A stretch of 64,000 nucleotides of DNA, from assembly GCA_963817525.1 (NCBI GenBank), contig CAWFOU010000007.1:576001-640000 (forward strand), in the 5' to 3' direction. The position numbers and the translations under genes are program-made. Below, in pieces: positions 17,155-27,004 of the stretch. Below the pieces are notes generated by a model that saw nothing but the letters and a program-made list of their open reading frames with translations, had not been told where the DNA came from and did not search any database. The stretch is from an uncultured archaeon. Its GTDB lineage: Archaea; Thermoproteota; Nitrososphaeria; Nitrososphaerales; Gagatemarchaeaceae. Numbering within the stretch: position 1 is the first letter of the stretch; every line of letters starts with the position of its first letter.

Positions 17155-17984
17155 TTGAACAGGACACTTATCGCGGCGATTGTCGCACTTCTGGTGGCGG
17201 TCAGCCTCGGAGCCGGCTACGTTGCGGGCCGCGGAGCCCAACAGACAACGACGATCACGACTTCACAGGCTCCCGCTTCCAACGAGATTGTCGGCCAGAC
17301 AGACGGCGTTGACCTTATAGGATGCAGCATCAGCAATGATACCTGCACCTTTCTCATTACAAACGTAGTTCAGATTGGGTCAAGCATTGGAATCACTTTG
17401 GACGAAACTAACCCGCCATGCATTACTCTAAGCTATAACACCGGTGGCTCGGTTGATTCATCCGTCACCGATGGCGCTACGAGTTGCACAGACTCACCCT
17501 CGAGCGCTACGAGTTGCACAGACTCACCCTCGAACTTCATTTCCTCAACGGGCGGCTCGATCACACTCACAGCCGTCTTTCCGGCGTTTGGACCCCCAAG
17601 CCCAAAGGTGGGTCAGAGCGTATATGGTTGCATCAGATACACCACGACGATTGGCTCCGTCACTGAGCCTGGCTGTCTCGCATTCCTGGGCGTCTTCACG
17701 ACGTCCTCCAATACCGCGGTCGCGACCGTGTCGGTGACGCAGACCCTCACTACGCAGGCCTCCCAGGCTTCGACGAGGTACGCTATTCCGACTAACTGTA
17801 CCTCAACGGCCCTACTGAAACGACCACCACAACAATCACAGTCGGACCAACGCCCCCGGCGTATACGATTACGGTGACCGTGACGACGACCGCGACGAAC
17901 TATACACAAACCGTCACGGTGACCAGTTGTACATACAGCGAGCCGACGGTCACTTCTACCGTGACGACCACGGTGGACCCGTAG
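17155..17984 (+). pseudogene. Secreted Thr/Cys-rich protein with apparent frameshift near 17800
   Basis: ORF 17155-17877 loses its composition after TNC; another frame continues LNGPTETTTTTITVGP...TTTVDP* to 17984. Confidence 0.55.
17474..17533 (+). repeat. Perfect 30-bp tandem duplication
   Basis: gcgctacgagttgcacagactcaccctcga twice, in frame (ATSCTDSPS x2). Confidence 0.95.
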
Positions 17985-18207
17985 GAGATGCGAAGGCGAA
18001 ATGAACCCTTACAGCGTCAAGTGCAGTAGCGAGCTATGTCGAGCTGCGTCGGCAGGTAGGTTACCACGGTCGCGATGACGATGTCCGTTGACGCCCGCAG
18101 CGTGTACGTGACAGTGAAGTCCACCATCTCGGCGCAGCATGATTGATTTCAGTTACCTGTTGCCAGGTAGCTTATTGTGGTATGTCGCGCCGTGTGAGTC
18201 GAGTGCC

Positions 18208-18456
18208 TCACATCCCGATGACAAAGGCCGTCGAGTTGAGCGCGTAGCAGTGCCCGTAGGGAGAGCCCGTGTAGTGGTGCGCCACTTGGAAGTAGCAATT
18301 CGTCCCAGCAGGCTGGGCGGCCCCACCGGTGTAGGGAACCAGACCGTCAAGGTGTTGTTCAAGATGGGGGAGTTGAACTGACCAGTCCCGTTGAGCATCG
18401 GTGTCGGGAGCATGCCCGAACCGACCATGGTGACCGAGCACCCCGAAGGCGATCAA
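18208..18456 (-). pseudogene. Fragment of a secreted-type protein split across frames
   Basis: One frame gives LNGTGQFNSPILNNTLTVWFPTP, another gives GTNCYFQV...GHCYALNSTAFVI. Confidence 0.35.
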
Positions 18457-18548
18457 CCTATACTATAGAACGGGCGCTCTCGGGTCTGTTGTTTGGTCAC
18501 AAGAAGTAAAATCAAAGCGTAAATCTAACGTTCGAAGGAGAACCGGAT

Positions 18549-19118
18549 ATGCGAAAAATGACCGCCCGGGAACGTGAGGGCATTCTCTTCGGCGCAGGCG
18601 CCGGGCTCACCCTGATTATCCTCCTTGTCTTGCAGTCACTCATCGGCAGCGGTCTTTTCAGCACGAGAACTGTGACTGTAACTGTAACCACCTCGGATGC
18701 CTACGAGCAGGTCTCCGACGCGTATGCTTCTCATCTCATGCAATTGAACGCCAGAAACATAAACGCAGTCGCAAGTGAGTACGAGAGCAATGCCACAGTT
18801 GAGTGGGTTGGGCCCGTAGAGGTGGGCGTTGGAAATTATTCTGGCACGGCAAACATCAAGATTATGCTAGGAAGCTCCATAGGCAAGTTCAACGGCAATT
18901 TCTCGCTGTCGAACGAGTATCAGTCGATAGGAGAAGTCAAGGGCAGCAACGCTTGGATGGTAAACTCAACGTTCAACTTTCATGGAAATAATCCAGTTGT
19001 AGGCAACGTAAACGGAACGGTTGTCGCCCAGGATTCGTACGCGCACGTTAACGATACGTGGCTCATTGCATGGGAGATTTGGAACTTTACCCAGTTTAAC
19101 GTGCCTCCACTAGGGTAA
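18549..19118 (+). CDS. Membrane-anchored SnoaL/NTF2-like protein
   Basis: N-terminal TM; H...LNARN..AV..EY..NATVEW.G....GNYSG..NI and W.I..E.W patterns. Confidence 0.65.
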   Translation: MRKMTAREREGILFGAGAGLTLIILLVLQSLIGSGLFSTRTVTVTVTTSDAYEQVSDAYASHLMQLNARNINAVASEYESNATVEWVGPVEVGVGNYSGTANIKIMLGSSIGKFNGNFSLSNEYQSIGEVKGSNAWMVNSTFNFHGNNPVVGNVNGTVVAQDSYAHVNDTWLIAWEIWNFTQFNVPPLG

Positions 19119-19287
19119 CCCACCCTCTCCCCCTGGCCTGACACCGAACCCAGATTAGACTGAACCGAACGAGCCATGCTTTTATAAAGGTGAACGCCCC
19201 TCTGCCCTCACACTGATGCACTCACGAGGCAGCTGCGCAGCAGTTTCCAGCCAATCCGTTAGCTGACTCACCGGAGGTCATCCTCAT

Positions 19288-20550
19288 TTGCTAAGCACAA
19301 AGGCAGACTCTGTAAGATTATACAAGATTCGGAAGGTCATTTCCGAGCTATCGGGCAAGGAGGGCAGGGGGACGGAGCTGGTGTCCCTCTACATCCCGCC
19401 GAAGAAGCCCATGCACGAGGTCATAGCGTACCTCAGGAACGAGTGGGGGACGGCCGGGAACATAAAGTCGGACACGACTCGAAACCACGTCCAGGACGCC
19501 CTGACGAAGACCATGCAGAAGCTCAAGCTTTACAGGGACACCCCGGACAACGGGCTTGTGATCTTCTGCGGGGCCCTGATGACCAACGGCCCTGGCAGCG
19601 AGGTCATCGTCCTCCGCGAGGTCGTCCCCCCGAAGCCCGTGAAGTCTTTCCTCTACCAGTGCGACGACCACTTCCACGTGGAGTACCTCAAGGACATGCT
19701 GAGGGAGGAGAAGGTCTACGGCATCCTGGCGATAGACGCGAACGAGGCGGGGATCGGGATCCTCTCCGGGGAGTCGTTCGAGGTCGTGAACTCGATGACC
19801 TCGGGCATCTCAGGGAAGACGAGGAAGGGAGGGCAGAGCGCGAGGAGGTACGAGAGGGGGAGGGAGATGGAGCTCACGTACTTCTACCACCGGGTGGCGG
19901 ACCACGCGAACCGGATCCTGGTGGACGAATACAAGGTCACTGGGATGATCATCGGCGGCCCTGGCTTCACGAAGGAGGACTTCATGAAAACGGAGTTCCT
20001 GAACTACAACCTGCGCAAGAACACAGTCGCCATAATCGACACGGCGTACTCGGGGCGAGAGGGCGTCAGGGAGTTGGTAGACAAGGCGGCCGACAAGCTC
20101 CAGGACGTCAGGCTCTTCGAGGAGAAGAAGCTGGTGCAGAGGTTCCTGGGGGAGGTCAACAAGCCCAACGGCGTCGCCGTCTACGGCCTTCCTAGGATAA
20201 TCCAGGCGCTCGACAAGAGCAACGTGGAGACGATCCTGGTGGCCGACGACGTCGACACGCTGAGAATCACCGCGACGTGCAAGAACTGCCAGACGGTGAA
20301 GGAGAAGTTCGTCCCCAGCTCGAAGAAGACGCAGGCGACGCAGGAGCTGACGTCGGAGCCTTGCTCCAACTGCGGCTCGAAGGAGTTCGTGATAGACGAG
20401 ACCGACCTCGTCGACGTCCTCGAAGAGAGGGCCATCCAGGTGGGCGCGAAGGTCGAGGTGATATCCTCGGGGACGGAGGAGGGGGCGATGCTAAAGTCCT
20501 TCGGAGGGGTCGCGGCGTTCCTGCGGTACAAGCCCGCGGGCGCCTACTAG
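19288..20550 (+). CDS. prf1: Peptide chain release factor aRF1
   Basis: GTELVSLYIP, NIKS, YQCDDHF, GGQSARR, FGGVAAFLRY. Confidence 0.96.
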   Translation: MLSTKADSVRLYKIRKVISELSGKEGRGTELVSLYIPPKKPMHEVIAYLRNEWGTAGNIKSDTTRNHVQDALTKTMQKLKLYRDTPDNGLVIFCGALMTNGPGSEVIVLREVVPPKPVKSFLYQCDDHFHVEYLKDMLREEKVYGILAIDANEAGIGILSGESFEVVNSMTSGISGKTRKGGQSARRYERGREMELTYFYHRVADHANRILVDEYKVTGMIIGGPGFTKEDFMKTEFLNYNLRKNTVAIIDTAYSGREGVRELVDKAADKLQDVRLFEEKKLVQRFLGEVNKPNGVAVYGLPRIIQALDKSNVETILVADDVDTLRITATCKNCQTVKEKFVPSSKKTQATQELTSEPCSNCGSKEFVIDETDLVDVLEERAIQVGAKVEVISSGTEEGAMLKSFGGVAAFLRYKPAGAY

Positions 20551-20760
20551 GCGCGTCGGGGTCGGTTTGTGACAATCGACAATGTCACAGTGCTAACATG
20601 TCGATAAGAAATGATAGTAGAAAGGATAGTAACGCTCGGTTCACCGTAATCTGCGTCCACGACGTGGACGAATAGGCTTAACTAAAGGGGCCGAGCTGTT
20701 TGCTTCGTCCTGGTGTTTGATTCGTACAAAATTCAAAAGTTTGACTGAAATTTGTAAGAA

Positions 20761-21987
20761 GTGAGTGATATGGTAATACAAATTGGGTTAATTGGAAAAA
20801 CAAATGCAGGAAAGACAACACTTTTCAATTCTATGACCCTGAAGTCAGGTGCCATTAGCAGCTACGCGTTCACCACCAAGACTGCCGACACGGGCGTTGG
20901 CCAGGTGGACACCCTCTGCGTCCACAAGGAGTTCAAAGTCCAGGACAACCCGAAGAACTCAAAGTGCGAGGAGGGGTGGAGGTTCATCCCGATAGAGGTG
21001 ACCGACCTCCCAGGGCTCATCAAGGGGGCCTGGATGGGGAAGGGGCTCGGGAACCAGTTCCTCTCGGTGGCGGCGCAGTCGGACGCCCTACTGCACGTGG
21101 TCGACGCCTCGGGGAGCGTCGACAAGGACGGGAAGATAGCCGAGCCGGGCACTGGCGACCCCCTGGCCGACCTTGCCGACGTGGAGCTCGAGCTCGTCCT
21201 GTGGTACACCAAGCTCTTCTCCAGCAACATGGTGAAGATATCAAAGGCGGCGAAGCTCCCGGGAATGGGCCTTCCCGAGGCCATTGCCGAAGCGTTGCAG
21301 GGGATTGGCGTGAAGCGGGAGCACGTGGTCTACGCGCTCAACGAGGCGCTGCTCCAGGACAAGGAGGTGGACGCGTGGAACGAGAAGGAGGTGCAGAACT
21401 TCTGCTGGATACTCCGCGACACCTCCAAGCCGACCCTGATAATCGCGAACAAGATGGACCTGCCGAACTCCGCCGAGAACTTCAAGGCGCTCCGGGAGAA
21501 GTACAAGGACCTCATGGTCGTCCCGACGAGCGGGGAGGCGGAGCTCTCCCTCAGGAGGGCCGAGGTCAAGGGGCTGATAAAATACGTCCCGGGGGAGGAG
21601 CGCTTTGACCTGGTCAGGCCCCAGGAGCTGACGGATGCCCAGAAGACCGCCCTCGCGTACATCAGGAGGAAGGTGTTCGGGGAGTACCTCAGGACGGGGG
21701 TCCAGTTCGCCCTCAACATTGCGATATTCAAGCTCCTTCGCATGAACGCGGTCTATCCGGTCGCCGACTCTGAGAAGCTTACCGACAAGCATGGGAACAT
21801 CCTCCCCGACGTCTACCTGTTGCCTTCGGGCTCGACCGTAGAGGACCTGGCCAAGGCTGTCCACACCGATCTGTTCAAGGGCCTGCTGTACGGGGTAGAC
21901 GCGAGGACCGCCCTGCACCTCCCGGTGGACTATGTCCTCAGTGACAGGGACGTGCTCTCCATGGTCTCCACAGCCAAGAGAGGCTGA
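20761..21987 (+). CDS. ychF: Archaeal Obg-family YchF-like GTPase/ATPase
   Basis: GKTNAGKTT, YAFTT, DLPGL, GLGNQFL, NKMD, C-terminal TGS-like domain. Confidence 0.88.
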   Translation: MSDMVIQIGLIGKTNAGKTTLFNSMTLKSGAISSYAFTTKTADTGVGQVDTLCVHKEFKVQDNPKNSKCEEGWRFIPIEVTDLPGLIKGAWMGKGLGNQFLSVAAQSDALLHVVDASGSVDKDGKIAEPGTGDPLADLADVELELVLWYTKLFSSNMVKISKAAKLPGMGLPEAIAEALQGIGVKREHVVYALNEALLQDKEVDAWNEKEVQNFCWILRDTSKPTLIIANKMDLPNSAENFKALREKYKDLMVVPTSGEAELSLRRAEVKGLIKYVPGEERFDLVRPQELTDAQKTALAYIRRKVFGEYLRTGVQFALNIAIFKLLRMNAVYPVADSEKLTDKHGNILPDVYLLPSGSTVEDLAKAVHTDLFKGLLYGVDARTALHLPVDYVLSDRDVLSMVSTAKRG

Positions 21988-22059
21988 GGCGCCTCTCTTT
22001 TCCCGCGTCGCGGGACGAAACGATATAACCACTCGAAATGCTGGGCGCGAGGTGTCTGA

Positions 22060-22893
22060 ATGACGCAGCGCGAGCAAGCCGGACCCAAGGAGGCGCGGAG
22101 CGCCATCTGCTGCATCTCCGGCGGGGCGGACTCCGTGACGATGGCGTACTATGTGAAGAAGGTCATCAAGCCCGAGCACTTGCTGTTCATCTTCTGCAAC
22201 TACGGACAGAGGACGTACAGGTACGAGGAGTTCTGCATCAAGGAGATTTCGCGGCAGCTCAAGGCGCCCCTCAAGCTCATCGACCTGAAGTGGCTGGGCG
22301 GGATAAGCACGTCCCTCCTCACGCACGCCGAGAAGGAGATCCCTGAGACCAAGAGCGAGGACCTCTGGATCCCAGAGAAGGCGAGGGAGAGGATTCTAAA
22401 GTGGTGGGATCCGTGCAGGAACGCAATACTCCTGCTCGTCGGGCTAGCCCACGCGGAGTCCTTCTACATATCGACCCAGGAGCGGTTCGACGTCTACATC
22501 GGGATACGCAGGGAGACGCCCGTGGCGATGAATGACAACACCCCCGAGTTCCTCGAGGAGATCAACAGGCTGGGCGAGCAGGCCACGCACCACGGAGGCT
22601 ACAGGATGCTCGCCCCGCTCATCACCTACGACAAGGACAAGGTGGTCAAATTGGGAGATGAACTGGGAGTCCCTTGGCAATATACATACAGTTGCTATAC
22701 CGGTCATAGTTTCAAGACGATTGGGGGAAAGAAACTACCAGTTCACTGTGGGTGGTGCTCCAACGACCGAAGAAGGGCACTGGCCTTCAAGATGGCAGGA
22801 GTGTATGATGGGAGCTTATATTCGAAACGGCCATTGACAGACGTGGATTACGTGAAGACCGATGGCGTCTTTGTCCAGAAGCGAGCGCGTTAG
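22060..22893 (+). CDS. queC: 7-cyano-7-deazaguanine synthase
   Basis: SGGADS, NYGQR, PCRNAILL, TYSCY...HCGWCSND Zn site. Confidence 0.88.
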   Translation: MTQREQAGPKEARSAICCISGGADSVTMAYYVKKVIKPEHLLFIFCNYGQRTYRYEEFCIKEISRQLKAPLKLIDLKWLGGISTSLLTHAEKEIPETKSEDLWIPEKARERILKWWDPCRNAILLLVGLAHAESFYISTQERFDVYIGIRRETPVAMNDNTPEFLEEINRLGEQATHHGGYRMLAPLITYDKDKVVKLGDELGVPWQYTYSCYTGHSFKTIGGKKLPVHCGWCSNDRRRALAFKMAGVYDGSLYSKRPLTDVDYVKTDGVFVQKRAR

Positions 22894-23599
22894 GAAGACC
22901 TGGCAGAATCCAGAAAGGCGAATCAAGCAATCGCTGGCGCTAAAGAAGTGCTGGCAAAGAGAGGACTACAGGGCTCGGTTGTCTGAACACCTGCGCCAGA
23001 TTTCTCCGAAGGGCTCGAAAGAGCTAGTCCGTCTCAGGCAATCAGGAGCCATCATTCTAAGCGACGAATCCCGCAAACGGATAAGAGAGTCTCAGCGAAT
23101 TCGTTTTCAGCGGCCTGAAGAGTTGAAGAAGCTTGCGAGGGCAAGATCTCTCGTGGTCATCGACTTCCAGCAGCGTGCTGAGGTGATGCGCGAGGCCTTC
23201 CTAAAGAAGTATGGTTCCTATCTGGAGCTTGCGAAAATGGGAATGAAGGCACCCAAAAGAAAGCCAAACAAACTGGAATTGGAGGTTGCGAAGAACTTGG
23301 GAGAGGACTGGGAGTATGTGGGAGACGGTAAGACGACGGTCGGAGGCTTGGTGCCAGACTTTGTTCACCGAACCCGAAAGGAGGTCCTGGAAGTTTTCGG
23401 CTGCTATTATCATGCGTGCCCCATTCATTTTCCTAACGCGCCTATGGGACCAAAGACTTCGCCGTCCTATAGGGAATCCGTCTATGCAGCAAGCGGTTAC
23501 AAGATGCAGTTTCTCTGGGAGCACGACGTCAAGAAGGGAAGAAAACTCGCGTTTGCAGAGAGCGGAGTCAAAGACCCCTCAATCTACGCGAAGGCCTAG
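22862..23599 (+). CDS. Putative free-standing homing endonuclease (NUMOD3-like helical repeats plus Vsr/EDxHD-like nuclease)
   Basis: Repeats like KTWQNPERRIKQS; PNKLE; PDF...VLEVFGCYYHAC...GYKMQFLWEHD; lower GC than neighbours. Confidence 0.7.
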   Translation: MASLSRSERVRKTWQNPERRIKQSLALKKCWQREDYRARLSEHLRQISPKGSKELVRLRQSGAIILSDESRKRIRESQRIRFQRPEELKKLARARSLVVIDFQQRAEVMREAFLKKYGSYLELAKMGMKAPKRKPNKLELEVAKNLGEDWEYVGDGKTTVGGLVPDFVHRTRKEVLEVFGCYYHACPIHFPNAPMGPKTSPSYRESVYAASGYKMQFLWEHDVKKGRKLAFAESGVKDPSIYAKA

Positions 23600-23662
23600 C
23601 CGGGCGCTCATCCCTTGCGGAAGAGCGCGGCGCACTCAACCTAAATACCCTCTAGGTGTGGA

Positions 23663-26083
23663 GTGAAACGAGTTTTGGAGAACCAGGGGGAGCAAAAGCG
23701 GGCTACAGGTCCCGCGAACGCAGCCCCGCCCAACAGGCTAGAGTCGACCAGCTGGAACCCCGGCCTTGAGGAAGAGATGAGGAGGATATGGGGAATTGAA
23801 GATAATTTCAAGTTCAGGCCCAGTACCGATAAAAAACGCAATTTTGTGATGGACACGCCGCCCCCGTATCCGTCGGGGAAGCCCTGGCACCCGGGGGCGC
23901 TGACCCAGTACGCCCAGATAGACATGGTGGCGAGGGCCGCGAGGATGCGGGGTTTCAACGTCCTCTACCCGGTCGGCATCGACAGGAACGGGCTCCCGGT
24001 GGAGATAGCGACCGAGCGCAAGTACAGGATCCAGATGAGGAAGACGCCCCGGGAGGAGTTCATCGGGCTGTGCAAGCACGCCCTCGACGACATCGAGGCG
24101 TACATGGTCGACCTCCTGAAGAGGATGGGGATCTCCGGGGACTTCAAGGAGAAGTACCGCACCGACTCCGAGGAGTACAGGACGCTCACGCAGTGGTCGT
24201 TCATAGAGCTCTGGAACAAGGGGCTCATACACATCGCGACCAGGCCCAACAACTACTGCACCGACTGCGGGACGACGATAGCAGACGCGGAGATAGAGTA
24301 CGAGGACCTGCCGGCTTACCTTGTCACCAACAAGTTCACCGTCAAGGAGACGGGCGATGTCATCATGGTCTCGACGACGAGGCCGGAGCTGCTCTCCGCG
24401 TGCCAGCTGGTGGTCGTGAACCCGGCCGACGACCGCTACAAGCGCGTAGTCGGGAAGACCGCCGTCGTGCCAATCTATGGGAAGGAGGTCCCCATCAAGA
24501 CGCACAAGAGCGTCGACATGGAGTTCGGGACGGGCGTCCTCATGGTCTGCAGCTACGGAGACTACAATGACGTCCAAGTCTTCAGGCAGCTGGGCCTCAA
24601 GGAGATCCAGGCGATAGACATGGAGGGGAAGATGACGGCAGTCGCCGGCAAGTACGTGGGCATGGCCGTCAAGGATGCGCGGTCCCAGATAATCCAGGAC
24701 CTGCAGGACGCCAACGTCGCCGTCAAGGTGGAGCAGGTGCAGCACCGCACGCCCCTCTGCGAGAGGAGCCACACCCCCATCGAGATAATACCCATGGAGG
24801 AGTTCTACCTCAAGCAGCTCCAATTCGCCCCGACGCTGAAGAAGCTCGCGAGGCAGATAGAGTTCCACCCGCCGATGCACAGGCAGGTCCTCCTCGACTG
24901 GATCGACTCGCTCACCACGGACTACCCCATCTCCCGGAGGCGGTACTACGCGACGGAGATCCCGATCTGGTACTGCACCAAGTGCGAGACGCCGCACCTC
25001 CCCAAGCCCGGCAAGTACTACAGGCCCTGGAAGGACCCCGCCCCCTTCAGGAAGTGCTCGAAGTGTGCGAACACGAAGTTCGTGGGCGAGACGCGCACGT
25101 TCGACACCTGGATGGACTCGAGCATCTCAGCGCTCTACGTGACCAAGCTAACGAGGAACCAGAAGTTCTTCAAGGCGACCTACCCGACCACGCTCAGGCT
25201 CCAGGGCAAGGACATCGTCAGGACCTGGCTCTACTACTCGCTCCTGAGGTGCTACCTCCTCACGGGGAAGGCGCCCTGGAAGGAGGCATGGGTGGGCGGG
25301 CTCGGGCAGGACGCTCAGGGGAGGGCGATGCGCAAGAGCCTGGGCAACTTCATGGACCCGGAGCCGCTGCTCCAGAAGTACGGGACAGACACGTTCCGCT
25401 TCTGGGGCGCCGCGGAGGCTAACCTGGGCTACGACTTTAGGCTCTCGGAGGACAGGGTGGCGGGAGCGGGGAAGTTCCTCACAAAGCTCTGGAACACGGC
25501 CCGCTTCATTGCGTCGTTCCCGGAGCCGAAGAGCGCCAAGCTCACTCCCACCGACGTCTGGATACTCTCGGAGCTGAACCAGCTCATAGCGGATTGCGTC
25601 GCCGGGTACAAGGACGGCAACGGGTTCGTCCCCGCGACGAAGCTCAGGGAGTTCGTCTGGAACGTCTTCGCGGCGCACTACATCGAGATGGTCAAGGGAC
25701 GCGCCTATGGGGACGGGGTGAAGAAGGAGGAGTGCGACGCGGCGAGGTTCACCCTGCACCGCGTGATGAAGTCGATTCTGCTGCTCACGGCGCCCATCGC
25801 GCCCCACATGACCGACCACATCTGGAGGAGGCTCTACGGTCAGCGGAGCATACATTTGGAGAGGTTCCCGGATGCGGACAGGAACAAGGCGAGCAGGGGC
25901 GCCAGCCAGGCAATCATTGCGTTCGACGAGCAAATCTGGAAGACCAAGCGTGACAAGGGCGTGAGCCTGAAGGAGCCCGCCGAGGCGGTCGTGCCTACCA
26001 AGCTCAGGCCTTACGCCGCGGACTTGGGGAGGATGCACCACATCCAGAAGCCCCAGAAGGCCGCCAAGGCTGCTACCAGCTGA
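23663..26083 (+). CDS. valS: Valyl-tRNA synthetase
   Basis: DTPPPYPSG..WHPG, TTRPELL, ISRRRYYATEIP, DTWMDSS, QGKDIVRTW, MRKSLGN. Confidence 0.95.
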   Translation: MKRVLENQGEQKRATGPANAAPPNRLESTSWNPGLEEEMRRIWGIEDNFKFRPSTDKKRNFVMDTPPPYPSGKPWHPGALTQYAQIDMVARAARMRGFNVLYPVGIDRNGLPVEIATERKYRIQMRKTPREEFIGLCKHALDDIEAYMVDLLKRMGISGDFKEKYRTDSEEYRTLTQWSFIELWNKGLIHIATRPNNYCTDCGTTIADAEIEYEDLPAYLVTNKFTVKETGDVIMVSTTRPELLSACQLVVVNPADDRYKRVVGKTAVVPIYGKEVPIKTHKSVDMEFGTGVLMVCSYGDYNDVQVFRQLGLKEIQAIDMEGKMTAVAGKYVGMAVKDARSQIIQDLQDANVAVKVEQVQHRTPLCERSHTPIEIIPMEEFYLKQLQFAPTLKKLARQIEFHPPMHRQVLLDWIDSLTTDYPISRRRYYATEIPIWYCTKCETPHLPKPGKYYRPWKDPAPFRKCSKCANTKFVGETRTFDTWMDSSISALYVTKLTRNQKFFKATYPTTLRLQGKDIVRTWLYYSLLRCYLLTGKAPWKEAWVGGLGQDAQGRAMRKSLGNFMDPEPLLQKYGTDTFRFWGAAEANLGYDFRLSEDRVAGAGKFLTKLWNTARFIASFPEPKSAKLTPTDVWILSELNQLIADCVAGYKDGNGFVPATKLREFVWNVFAAHYIEMVKGRAYGDGVKKEECDAARFTLHRVMKSILLLTAPIAPHMTDHIWRRLYGQRSIHLERFPDADRNKASRGASQAIIAFDEQIWKTKRDKGVSLKEPAEAVVPTKLRPYAADLGRMHHIQKPQKAAKAATS

Positions 26084-26890
26084 CTAGGCGAACATCCTGG
26101 ACAGGGCCTTGTAGTCGTCGCCCGAGATCCTACCATCGAGGGCGTGTGCGTTCTCCTCGACGTGCTCGACGCTAGAAGCCTTGGGAATCGCGATGACGGA
26201 GTCCCTGTACGTGATCCAGTTCAGCATGAGCTGCGCCACGGTCATCCCGTATTTGTCGAGGAGCGCCTGAGGGATCTTCCTCGGTAGCCTCCCCGTGTCC
26301 AGGGGGCTGTACGCGATGACGGTGATCTTCTCCTTCTCGCAAAACGGGAGCAGGTCGGGCTCGATGGTGTGGTCGGTCAGGCTGTACCTCACCTGGTTGG
26401 AGGCGATCTCCGACCTTGGCAGGGCCTCCCTCGCATCTTGCGTCTCGGCCACCGAGAAGTTGCTGACGCCTATGTAGCGAATCTTGCCCCTGGACACGAG
26501 CTCCTCCATTGCTTTCATCGTCTCCCCTATGCGGACCTGATGGCTCGGCCAGTGCAATTGGTAGAGGTCGATTTGCTTGACGCCCAGCCGCCTTATGCTG
26601 GCCTCGCACGACTTTAGGACATCGTCGTAGCGAAAGTGCTCGGGCGACACCTTCGTGGCGATGAACGCGTCGTCTCCTGCGCCTGTGATGGCTTCGCCGA
26701 CGAGCTTCTCCGCGTTGCCGCGGCCGTACATCTCCGCCGTGTCTATGAGTGTCATTCCCAGCTCGAGGCCCTTCCGGAGGGCCTGAATCTCGAGGGCGCG
26801 CGCCTCGTCTTTGGCCTCGCCGATCAGCCACGTCCCCATGCCTATCACCGGGACCTTCTCCCGGGTCTTGCCGAGTTCGCGCTTCTCCAA
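26084..26890 (-). CDS. Aldo/keto reductase
   Basis: IGMGTW, IDTAEMYG, IDLYQLHWP, IGVSNFS, AYSPL, IPKAS. Confidence 0.93.
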   Translation of the reverse strand: MEKRELGKTREKVPVIGMGTWLIGEAKDEARALEIQALRKGLELGMTLIDTAEMYGRGNAEKLVGEAITGAGDDAFIATKVSPEHFRYDDVLKSCEASIRRLGVKQIDLYQLHWPSHQVRIGETMKAMEELVSRGKIRYIGVSNFSVAETQDAREALPRSEIASNQVRYSLTDHTIEPDLLPFCEKEKITVIAYSPLDTGRLPRKIPQALLDKYGMTVAQLMLNWITYRDSVIAIPKASSVEHVEENAHALDGRISGDDYKALSRMFA

Positions 26891-26956
26891 AGGAAGACTC
26901 GGTGAAAGTGAAACCGGTTGGTATTATGTGTGAATGGTGAGGGGCGGGCGTCCCTT

Positions 26957-27004
26957 AAAGGGAGATAAACCGACGCGGCAGGAGGGAAACTCGCGCCACG
27001 GTAG
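26957..27004 (+). repeat. Diverged inverted copy of the tRNA-Thr(TGT) promoter and first 10 nt
   Basis: aaagggagataaaccgacgcggcaggagggaaactcgcGCCACGGTAG versus aaaggagataagcagacctcggcagggggaatcctgcGCCACGGTAG (reverse complement of 29163-29209); about 41 of 50 columns match in a hand alignment. Confidence 0.8.

Noticed and set aside
19200-19285. Possible box C/D sRNA or riboswitch upstream of aRF1
   Set aside because: Box C is degenerate (CTGATGC), and the best guide match to 16S has a mismatch next to the target position.
22770-23538. RNA intron in queC bounded by the AAGAAGGG direct repeat
   Set aside because: Joining at the repeat is out of frame with the second tail, and no BHB motif was found at the junctions.
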